Below the pieces are notes generated by a model that ran no database searches, was not told the origin of the DNA, and saw only the letters and a list, made by a program, of their open reading frames with translations. Positions 48,108 to 55,390 of a DNA stretch of 64,000 nt are shown piece by piece. Both the position numbers and the translations under genes were made by a program. Positions within the stretch are counted from its first letter, which is position 1, and every line of letters starts with the position of its first letter. Source of the DNA: Opitutales bacterium (GTDB lineage Bacteria > Verrucomicrobiota > Verrucomicrobiia > Opitutales > JABSRG01); assembly GCA_028280845.1 (NCBI GenBank), contig JANQKZ010000041.1, positions 8,549 through 72,548 on the forward strand. The letters run 5' to 3'.

Positions 48108-48626
48108 TTACTCGTTTACCAGATGAGCGTGGTTTCGTTTTAAGTTTTCAATGGCCTTCAGGGCCCCCGGATGTTCCGGAACCGCCTGTAAGGCCCGCCG
48201 ATAGGCTTTCACCGCATTTTCCGGTTCAAATAAGATATGGGTATAGAGGTAACCCCCATCACAGTAGAGCGCGGCAAGCTCTTCCGGCGAAAGATCCCGG
48301 GCCTCGGAAATGGTTTGCTTTAAATCAGCTTCTAAGCGTTCACCCAGCGTCTTTGATAGTTCAAACTGGTTGTGCTCCCAGAGCTGACGAGCCACCTGAA
48401 TAGAGTAGGAGTACCGGGCGTAGACCCCCTTCCCCTTCTCCGCTTGAAACGCTTCTATGGCTTTCAATCGCTGGTTCGCCTGACCATATTTTTTCTCCTT
48501 TATAAGGGAAATGACTTCCTGCTTTACCTCTCGAAAGCGGGTCGTGTCGGAAATACTCTCGGACTCCTGCGCAGTGAGGGAGCCGCAAGTGAATAAGATA
48601 CAAAGGGAATAGAGCAGATACTTCAT
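48108..48626 (-). CDS. secreted TPR-like helical-repeat protein
   Basis: Start reset to ATG 48626 (MKYLLYSLCILFTCGSLTAQE signal peptide), 1 nt after the upstream stop. The C-terminal half has TPR-like A..Y..AL...P patterns. Ends 16 nt upstream of the rhs start. Confidence 0.5.
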   Translation of the reverse strand: MKYLLYSLCILFTCGSLTAQESESISDTTRFREVKQEVISLIKEKKYGQANQRLKAIEAFQAEKGKGVYARYSYSIQVARQLWEHNQFELSKTLGERLEADLKQTISEARDLSPEELAALYCDGGYLYTHILFEPENAVKAYRRALQAVPEHPGALKAIENLKRNHAHLVNE

Positions 48627-48627
48627 T

Positions 48628-49161
48628 TTAATTTCCGGGGCTGGTAATTTCAAAAGTGATGGGGGTGCCTGAACCTGGGGTAGAGGTCGTTCCTGCAGTG
48701 GGATCAAAATAGATATCAAATTCGTCCTTATTGGATATCCCGTCACTATCCAGATCTGAGGCCGCATCAGCCGACGAGGAGGGATTCAGCCCGTAGTGGG
48801 TTTCCCAGGCATCAAACATGCCGTCGCCATCAGAATCCTGGGTGGCTTCCGTATCAGAAAACCCATCCATATCCGCATCCACTGCGGCCCAGAATAAACT
48901 TCCCGTCTTTGCGTGAAAGCCAGGCTTGAGGACCACCCGATTCCGCGCCCAGAAGATGGAGTCTCCTCCGCTTTCAATGGAAACCCGAGTTTGGGTTGGA
49001 TTGTTTGTATCCTCTACGGTTTGAAGGATATCGTCAGAGACGTAATCCTCCACTTCACCATTGGACACCGTGGTATCCTGGATGATGGTGGTAGCTCCGA
49101 TGCAGAGCAGGGCACCCATGGCTATCCCAAGGGCTAGATGCAGTTTACCTGGTTGTTTCAT
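48628..49161 (-). CDS. secreted protein with thrombospondin-type-3-like calcium-binding repeats
   Basis: 177 aa with a signal/anchor segment (LALGIAMGALLCIGA). Asp-rich repeats DADMDGFSDTE, DSDGDGMFDAWE.HYGLNP, DLDSDGISNKDE. A VVLKPGFHAKTGSLFWA motif that I recall from surface proteins linked to RHS loci (from memory, unverified). Confidence 0.55.
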   Translation of the reverse strand: MKQPGKLHLALGIAMGALLCIGATTIIQDTTVSNGEVEDYVSDDILQTVEDTNNPTQTRVSIESGGDSIFWARNRVVLKPGFHAKTGSLFWAAVDADMDGFSDTEATQDSDGDGMFDAWETHYGLNPSSSADAASDLDSDGISNKDEFDIYFDPTAGTTSTPGSGTPITFEITSPGN

Positions 49162-49186
49162 GGTTATTTAAGATTCGGAAAGGGTG

Positions 49187-50149
49187 CTATGGAGTGAGCG
49201 TGTTCAACCGGGCCTCCAGCTCGGCATTGTGGTGTTTCAGTTCGGAAATTTCCTCCTGCTGTTGAATGAGGTAGAGCGTCAGTTCTTCCACCTTCTGCAG
49301 CAGCATCGCCTGGGTTTCCCCAACCGATGCTCCTTTGGCTTGAACCTCCTCAGCGTCCTTCACCCCTGGGAGTCGCTTTTCCTTTTCGATGTGCTCCGCC
49401 ACCTCCTCCAGGGGCATGAGCTCATAGTCCTCCTCAAAGACAAAGTCCGCCCAGTTGGATTCGACTATTATCTCTTTGGCGCGGGCTGTGCCATTGATGT
49501 CTAAATCATAAGAGGGGGTGTAGGTCCCTAAGCCTACCTTGCCGTCACCCTTAATGACCAAAGAATAATCGTGGGCTCCTTCATAATCCGTTATAAAACT
49601 AAATGCCCTATGGGCCGAATTGCCCTGTTCGGCCCGAAAGACAAAATTACCATTATTAGCTTCATCCTGAATCGAACGGAAAATTACATTGTTGTCATCC
49701 ACACCAATCTCCAGGGATTGATTGGAATCTCCCAAACGGGTGATATAAAAATTTTTTGTCGCTGTGTAGGAGTTGAAGTAAGCACTCCCCTCAACATGGA
49801 GTTTACCATTTGGAGAGTAGCTCCCTATCCCGACATCTCCATTCGGCATCAGAATCAGGCCGTTCACCCAGATCCCAGCAGAATCATCCCTACGGATAAA
49901 TTTCAATTGCCCATTGTTGTGGTGCTCAGCAATCCAATAGTCGGAAGGGTCAATAGAATCCGAGCTATTGAACCATTCAAGACGAGTATAAGAGGAATCA
50001 TGAATCCGAATATCTCCTCGGACATCTAAGGTTTCCCCAGGGCTGGTAGTCCCAATGCCAACATTTCCCGATGATGGGAAGGTGTTTTGCCCCCAGGCGA
50101 GAGACAAAGAAGAAAGGGCGCCTAGAAATAAATAGCATGTTTTGATCAT
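49187..50149 (-). CDS. secreted fibre-like protein, family member P6
   Basis: 320 aa with a signal peptide. N-terminal NTFPSSGNVGIGTTSP is identical to Pa. Conserved C-terminal module (ARAKEIIVESNWADFVFEEDYELMPLEEVAEHIEKEKRLPGVKDAEEVQAKGASVGETQAMLLQKVEELTLY) plus a coiled-coil tail. Confidence 0.8.
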   Translation of the reverse strand: MIKTCYLFLGALSSLSLAWGQNTFPSSGNVGIGTTSPGETLDVRGDIRIHDSSYTRLEWFNSSDSIDPSDYWIAEHHNNGQLKFIRRDDSAGIWVNGLILMPNGDVGIGSYSPNGKLHVEGSAYFNSYTATKNFYITRLGDSNQSLEIGVDDNNVIFRSIQDEANNGNFVFRAEQGNSAHRAFSFITDYEGAHDYSLVIKGDGKVGLGTYTPSYDLDINGTARAKEIIVESNWADFVFEEDYELMPLEEVAEHIEKEKRLPGVKDAEEVQAKGASVGETQAMLLQKVEELTLYLIQQQEEISELKHHNAELEARLNTLTP

Positions 50150-50997
50150 GGGTTGCTCCTCAAACTTCGATTCTCTTCACGGAGTGATTTTACCTCTTCG
50201 TTCAATTCAATGACATACAGTGTCAGCTCCTCCACCTTTTGCAGCAGCATCGCCTGGGTCTCCCCGACCGATGCTCCTTCGGCTTGGATCTCCTCAGCCG
50301 ACCTCACGCCAGGGAGGCGTTTTTCCCTCTCGATGTGCTCCGCCACCTCCTCCAGGGGCATCAGCTCATAATCCTCCTCAAAGACAAAGTCCGCCCAGTT
50401 GGACTCCACAATGATTTCCTTGGCCCGAGCAGTGCCATTTACATCCAACTTATGTATGGGAGAATTCGTCCCTATCCCAATTAAACCATCTCGTTGAACT
50501 GTCATTATGGTTAAGCTGTCATAACCCCCAGTAGATTTAGCGGCTTGGACGCGTATTTCCTCTTCAACTTCATGGTACTCAAAGCGCATCCCCTTCTCAT
50601 TCCATTCAGAGACAAGGGCCAGGTTGGGCCTTGTATTTTTTAACACGAGGTCAACCGAGGGGTTTGGAATTCCGATTCCTAACTTCTCCTTCAGATAAAG
50701 ATTTCCAGAGGAAAATAATTGGAAATATACAGTGCCCGAATGATAAAATCGCATCGACCCCTGGTAACTATCCAAACCCCAATCAACATACGGTGAGGGC
50801 GAAGAGAAATGAATTTCACCACCTTCGTAGACTGTGTTTTGGGATCTTAGCACTATCCTGCCATCCGTGGTATAAAAGGAATTGCTTACATCCAGTGCCC
50901 CAGTGACATCTACGTCCACAAAGGTATTGCCCCAGGACAAGCAGACGCCAAGCGGGCTGCTTAAGAATAACAGAACAAGGTATACTTTATTGGTCAT
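50146..50997 (-). CDS. secreted fibre-like protein, family member P5
   Basis: 283 aa with a signal peptide and a divergent body. The C-terminal module is identical to P4 over ~70 aa. ATGA overlap with P6. Confidence 0.8.
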   Translation of the reverse strand: MTNKVYLVLLFLSSPLGVCLSWGNTFVDVDVTGALDVSNSFYTTDGRIVLRSQNTVYEGGEIHFSSPSPYVDWGLDSYQGSMRFYHSGTVYFQLFSSGNLYLKEKLGIGIPNPSVDLVLKNTRPNLALVSEWNEKGMRFEYHEVEEEIRVQAAKSTGGYDSLTIMTVQRDGLIGIGTNSPIHKLDVNGTARAKEIIVESNWADFVFEEDYELMPLEEVAEHIEREKRLPGVRSAEEIQAEGASVGETQAMLLQKVEELTLYVIELNEEVKSLREENRSLRSNP

Positions 50998-51895
50998 GAT
51001 TCTCTAAACGACTGAGCCGTTTCTCCAGCTGTTGAATTTGTCGGTCCTTTTCGATTAAATGGAGTGTCAACTCCTCCACCTTTTGCAGCAGCATCGCCTG
51101 GGTCTCCCCTACCGATGCTCCTTCGGCTTGGATCTCCTCAGCAGACCTCACGCCAGGCAGGCGTTTCTCCCTTTCGATGTGCTCCGCCACCTCCTCCAAG
51201 GGCATGAGCTCATAGTCCTCCTCAAAGACAAAGTCCGCCCAGTTGGACTCCACGATGATTTCCTTGGCCCGGGCGGTACCATCCACGTCTAGCTCGTAGG
51301 CAGGGGCATGGGTCCCGACTCCTACCTTCCCGTCCTTCTTAACGACAAATCGTGGGTAGTGCCAGGTGGGATCTGTCAATACACTGAAATCCGCAGCATG
51401 CCCAGCCGCACGAAGCGTTAATGACCGATTATTTAATGTCTGAACCCCTGAGGGGCTGGAAGTAATCAAAAGCTCGAAGCGGTTGGCTTGCGAGCCCTCC
51501 AAGCGCTCGATGGAAAACAAGTCATTGTAATTAGGAGAGGCTATATGTAGGCGATCCTGGGGAACCGTAATTCCAACCCCCAAATACCCCAGCCGGCGTA
51601 AAACTATCCTGGTTTGATCCGACCCCGGGGTTTCCGACTCAAAAAACAAATCACCACTTTGGTTTTCATTCATCCAAATCCACCAATCATTACCACTTGC
51701 GTTATTCCTAAAACGCAGTCCAGGAGGATTCACGCCTGTGCCCTGCCCAATTAAATTAAAAGCATCATATATATTGTTTGGAATATCCAGTTCCCCATAA
51801 AGGCTATCTGACGCTGCATACGAGGATTTGAAAAACCCGATTAGAGAAAACAAAAGAATAACATGCTTAATTTTCACGACTAGCCTCCAACTCAT
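50987..51895 (-). CDS. secreted fibre-like protein, family member P4
   Basis: 302 aa with a signal peptide. The body is homologous to the Pa central block (FSIERLEGSQANRFELLITSSP..SLTLRAAGHAADFSVL). Conserved C-terminal module. Overlaps P5 by 11 nt. Confidence 0.8.
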   Translation of the reverse strand: MSWRLVVKIKHVILLFSLIGFFKSSYAASDSLYGELDIPNNIYDAFNLIGQGTGVNPPGLRFRNNASGNDWWIWMNENQSGDLFFESETPGSDQTRIVLRRLGYLGVGITVPQDRLHIASPNYNDLFSIERLEGSQANRFELLITSSPSGVQTLNNRSLTLRAAGHAADFSVLTDPTWHYPRFVVKKDGKVGVGTHAPAYELDVDGTARAKEIIVESNWADFVFEEDYELMPLEEVAEHIEREKRLPGVRSAEEIQAEGASVGETQAMLLQKVEELTLHLIEKDRQIQQLEKRLSRLENHDQ

Positions 51896-52943
51896 TGATT
51901 CGTCCCACTAGGGCCTCGTTCTTTTTATTGAGCTCAACAACGTAAAGGGTCAGCTCTTCCACCTTCTGCAAAAGCATCGCCTGGGTCTCTCCTACCGAAG
52001 CGCCTTCGGCCTGAATCTCCGTGGCAGACCTTACCCCGGGCAATCGTTTTTCCGTTAGGATGAAATCCTCAACCTCCTCCAGGGGCATGAGCTCATAGTT
52101 CTCCTCGAAGACAAAGTCCGCCCAGTTGGACTCTACAATGATTTCTTTCGCGCGAACAACTCCGTCGACTTCCAACTTGTTCTGCGGCGTATCCAAGCCG
52201 ATCCCCACATTGCCGTTGGCTGCTATGGTCATGCGGCCGATGTCACCGGTGATGAAGTGAATAGGAGCTGACCCGCCATTGCCGAGAACCATTCGATCGG
52301 CAGGACGCCCAGCCCAGCTCCTGAGTAGAACCGTTTTACTTAGAGGATAACCGGAGAGGTTGCCGGGCGTATTTTCGGTATAGAGATTAAGATTAAACCC
52401 GGTATCTAAGGTAGCTAAAGATAAGGCGGAGGCAACAGATGGCCCGGAAGAGTTATTGGTTACCCTTATAGTAGTCTCACCATCCTGGTCCCTCCTTAAA
52501 TCAAGTTCCTGGCCTGGAGAGGTTGTTCCTATTCCCACATTTCCAGTTCCTGCATCAATCGCCATCCGGGTAACAGAATCAGGCATGAAATAGATGTCCG
52601 CTTCAGAGCCGAAACTCCGAAGAATCAGGTCACTGCTGTTATTCGAAGTGTTATATGCGGTGTAAATCGTAGCCCATGCTGCTCCGCCATGGCGAAAATC
52701 TATGATGCTTCGTGAGTCGTTGCCAGTGCCCGAATCCAAATTGATCCGGAGTCCCGTTGTACTGTAATTAGTAAAATAAAAGGAACCATAGGTGGTATGG
52801 AGGTCAAAGTAGCCACCAGTCACCGTCGAGGTGTTAATCCCGATTTCATTGTTCGAGTGCACGACATTACCGGTGGTGGTCCACTGCCCCCAAGTGAGGC
52901 ACCAGGGAATAACGAAGCCAATAATCCAGGGTAGCGGTTTCAT
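51867..52943 (-). CDS. secreted fibre-like protein, family member P3
   Basis: 358 aa with a signal peptide. The body is homologous to P1 (RPADRMVLGNGGSAPIHFITGD). Conserved C-terminal module. Confidence 0.8.
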   Translation of the reverse strand: MKPLPWIIGFVIPWCLTWGQWTTTGNVVHSNNEIGINTSTVTGGYFDLHTTYGSFYFTNYSTTGLRINLDSGTGNDSRSIIDFRHGGAAWATIYTAYNTSNNSSDLILRSFGSEADIYFMPDSVTRMAIDAGTGNVGIGTTSPGQELDLRRDQDGETTIRVTNNSSGPSVASALSLATLDTGFNLNLYTENTPGNLSGYPLSKTVLLRSWAGRPADRMVLGNGGSAPIHFITGDIGRMTIAANGNVGIGLDTPQNKLEVDGVVRAKEIIVESNWADFVFEENYELMPLEEVEDFILTEKRLPGVRSATEIQAEGASVGETQAMLLQKVEELTLYVVELNKKNEALVGRINELEASREN

Positions 52944-52944
52944 C

Positions 52945-53847
52945 CTATTGTTCCTTCAGGGCGGTTAGCTCATGTTTCAGCGACTCGATCTCCTTTTGCT
53001 GCTGGAGGGTATACAAAGTCAGTTCCTCTATTTTCTGTAAGAGGAGCGCCTGCGTTTCCCCGAGGGAGGCCCCCGTATTTTGGACCTCCTCGGTCGAAGG
53101 CACGCCCGGCAACCGCCGATTGGTTTCTATATAAGCTCCGACTTCACCCAACGGCATGAGCTCGTAGTTCTCCTCAAAGACGAAATCCGCCCAACCCGTT
53201 TCCACAATGACCTCCTCGGCCCGGATCTTTCCGCCGACGTTTAAGAATTCGTCGAATGAACTCGTTCCGATTCCCACCTTACCGTAAAACTTCGTTTCTC
53301 CATTTGGGTAGATCTGAGACCTAATAAAAGGCAGCGAATTGGAATTTTGGTCACTGGTTGCTAACTTGATTCCGTTAACATCTTGAAGGATAAAGGAGGA
53401 AGAGATCCAACCCGCTATATCTGCATCAATGAGCGGCCAGGTATTATCATTCCGGCGATAGGTATTCCAAGACCACGTCGTCCCATACGAACCCTGGTCT
53501 CCAATGAAAGACCGACTGGGAAGGGCCAATTTATCATTACCTCCCCAGAAATCAGATATTACAGGAGCAGCCCCCAAAATGACTGAACCATCAGTAAATT
53601 TCGCAATACCCTCGATCACGACCCCTCCCTCGAAATCTCCATCAAAATTAACATAGAGCTGGTCACTCCCGTAATGCACTAATGCACGTTGAAGCGGTTT
53701 TGACCCTACACTACGGCCATCATTTGTTCCTAAATATAGGTCAGCGCCCTCAACCTCCAACGAGTCTGTTATGATATGAACTCCAAACAGTCCTGGGCCA
53801 TTTATGGAAAACAAAACTCCTGCTAAAACGACTATGCCAACCCTCAT
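52945..53847 (-). CDS. secreted fibre-like protein, family member P2
   Basis: 300 aa with a hydrophobic N-terminus and a unique body (LYLGTNDGRSVGSKPLQRALVHYGSDQLYVNFDGDFEGGV). Conserved C-terminal module (IRAEEVIVETGWADFVFEENYELMPL...LLQKIEELTLY). Confidence 0.8.
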   Translation of the reverse strand: MRVGIVVLAGVLFSINGPGLFGVHIITDSLEVEGADLYLGTNDGRSVGSKPLQRALVHYGSDQLYVNFDGDFEGGVVIEGIAKFTDGSVILGAAPVISDFWGGNDKLALPSRSFIGDQGSYGTTWSWNTYRRNDNTWPLIDADIAGWISSSFILQDVNGIKLATSDQNSNSLPFIRSQIYPNGETKFYGKVGIGTSSFDEFLNVGGKIRAEEVIVETGWADFVFEENYELMPLGEVGAYIETNRRLPGVPSTEEVQNTGASLGETQALLLQKIEELTLYTLQQQKEIESLKHELTALKEQ

Positions 53848-53856
53848 GCGAATTCC

Positions 53857-54873
53857 CTATTCTTTCAGTTTATCCAGTTCTCCCCTTAATTGGGTTATTT
53901 GCGATTGCTGTTCCTTTATAACCGAATCCTGCTCAATGAGGTAGAGGGTCAGTTCCTCAATTTTCTGAAGTAGAAGCCTCTGAGTCTCCCCGAGAGACAC
54001 CCCCTCCTCGAGCACCTCCGCCTCGCTGGGAATTCCCGGCAGGTGACCCTCCTGAGCAATGTGGGCTTTGACCTCCTGCAGCGACGGGAGCTCATAGGCG
54101 TCATCAAAGACAAAGTCCGCCCAGCCGGTTTCGACAATGATCTCTTCCGCCCGGACCCGACCGTTGACCTCGAGCTTATTGGCCGGGTTTGATGTGCCGA
54201 TCCCTACGTTGCCGTCACCGGCAATGGTCACTTGATGGCTGTCACCGGTGATGAAATGAATGGGAGCGTTTGATCCCGTGCCAATTACCATTCTGTCTGC
54301 CGGAGAGCCCGAATGGGTTCGGAGAAAAACAGAGTTTGCTTTGGGGAAGGCTGCAAAATCTCCGGAAGCGCCTGAACCCCATGATATGATATCAAAGCCG
54401 GCGGTACTGTTGGAAAGTAACATTAAAGAGGCTTGGGCAGACGCACCGCTACTGTCGTTCCGTATAGCCGCACGTACCATTCCATCTCTATTTTCTCGAA
54501 GCTCGAAAGAATAGGCCGGAGTCATCGTGCCAATGGCAATTTTCCCCTTAAAGTAGTTGACCTGATTTATGCCCGTCATGAAGACATGCCCGGCGTATAG
54601 GCGGGAATTCCCTCCGCCCTTGTAGGTGCCATCCGATACAAAACTCCATGTCCCCGGGGCTCCTCCCGCGGCGCCGTCATGGTGCCAGATGTGGTCTATG
54701 TTGTCGGAACCAGTGTTATTGGAGATGAGCGCGTAGTTGTTAAATAAAAGATCCTCGGTGATCGAAAATTGCCCGTATGCGGATCCCACACATACCAGCC
54801 AAACCAGCGCAAGACCTGCCTTTAAACAGTGTTGCCCCGTTAGCCGTGAAAAATGACTCCTATCCATTTTCAT
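53857..54873 (-). CDS. secreted fibre-like protein, family member P1 (first gene of the array)
   Basis: 338 aa with a signal-like segment (LALVWLVCVGSAYGQ). The body is homologous to P3. Conserved C-terminal module plus the longest coiled-coil tail. Confidence 0.8.
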   Translation of the reverse strand: MKMDRSHFSRLTGQHCLKAGLALVWLVCVGSAYGQFSITEDLLFNNYALISNNTGSDNIDHIWHHDGAAGGAPGTWSFVSDGTYKGGGNSRLYAGHVFMTGINQVNYFKGKIAIGTMTPAYSFELRENRDGMVRAAIRNDSSGASAQASLMLLSNSTAGFDIISWGSGASGDFAAFPKANSVFLRTHSGSPADRMVIGTGSNAPIHFITGDSHQVTIAGDGNVGIGTSNPANKLEVNGRVRAEEIIVETGWADFVFDDAYELPSLQEVKAHIAQEGHLPGIPSEAEVLEEGVSLGETQRLLLQKIEELTLYLIEQDSVIKEQQSQITQLRGELDKLKE

Positions 54874-54929
54874 AAATCTACTGTTGAAACTAAAAATGCA
54901 GTATCAGGCCCAGAGTTAAAGAAAAAATA

Positions 54930-54945
54930 ATTCACAATCGTGAAT
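54930..54945. promoter_or_regulatory. candidate operator palindrome upstream of the paralog array
   Basis: ATTCAC-AATC-GTGAAT, 57-72 nt upstream of the P1 start in an AT-rich region. Three further TTCAC direct copies lie at 54996, 55003 and 55022, around an A10 run. Confidence 0.3.
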
Positions 54946-55220
54946 GAAATTAGATGAACTAATGAAAATCCTCTTATCCATGAAAGACTTAGAGGTTCAC
55001 GTTTCACAAAAAAAAAATCATTTCACTAATAGGCCTCATAAGTTTCATACCTAGGCGGGCCGAATACCGAAGGAGTTGGAAATGAACCTATTCCGCTTGA
55101 AATCGAAGGATCCCATACTCGCAACCGTCTGTTTTCCTTTTAGGCTCTTCCCTATGTCTTCTGGCAGTTAGGAGAGGCAATAAAATGTTACCAAAGGACG
55201 ACCACTTCCCCTTCAACCTG

Positions 55221-55390
55221 CTTCCTTCAACTTTCAACCTTCAACCAATCCCCACCAACCATCGAAAAAGAAATCACCGCTCAGCCCATTGCTCCTCCAG
55301 CGCCTGAATCCGCTTCTCCTGCTCAATGATGTGCTGGATCAGCCCCTCGATCTTCCGCAGCAACACCGCCTGGCTTTCACCAGGGGACAT
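55221..55390. repeat. right copy of the island-bracketing direct repeat
   Basis: CTTCCTTCAACTTTCAACCTTCAACCAATCCCCACCAACCATCGAAAAAGAAATCACCGCTCAGCC... is homologous to 37203..37370 in the same orientation. Confidence 0.8.
55274..55390 (-). pseudogene. 38-codon remnant of a fibre-like family gene (extreme C-terminus only)
   Basis: The minus-strand translation MSPGESQAVLLRKIEGLIQHIIEQEKRIQALEEQWAER* matches the end of Pa (GESQAVLLQKIEELTLYIIEQEKRIQALEDELAEQ*). The same 3' flank follows. Confidence 0.7.

Noticed and set aside
49184-51292. A recurring plus-strand ORF family (49184..49504, 50239..50484, 51059..51292; HLLQQHRLG.P.RCSFGL.LLS..H...) that at first looks like a conserved repeated small gene.
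   Set aside because: They are the antisense readout of the conserved C-terminal module of the fibre-like genes. Their conservation is explained by the sense strand, whose product has coherent signal peptides and domain structure.
49187-54873. Interpretation of the tail-fibre-like array as part of a prophage or tailocin.
   Set aside because: No capsid, terminase, portal, sheath, tube, baseplate, lysis or integrase genes occur anywhere in the window. All members carry Sec-type signal peptides, which phage fibres normally lack.
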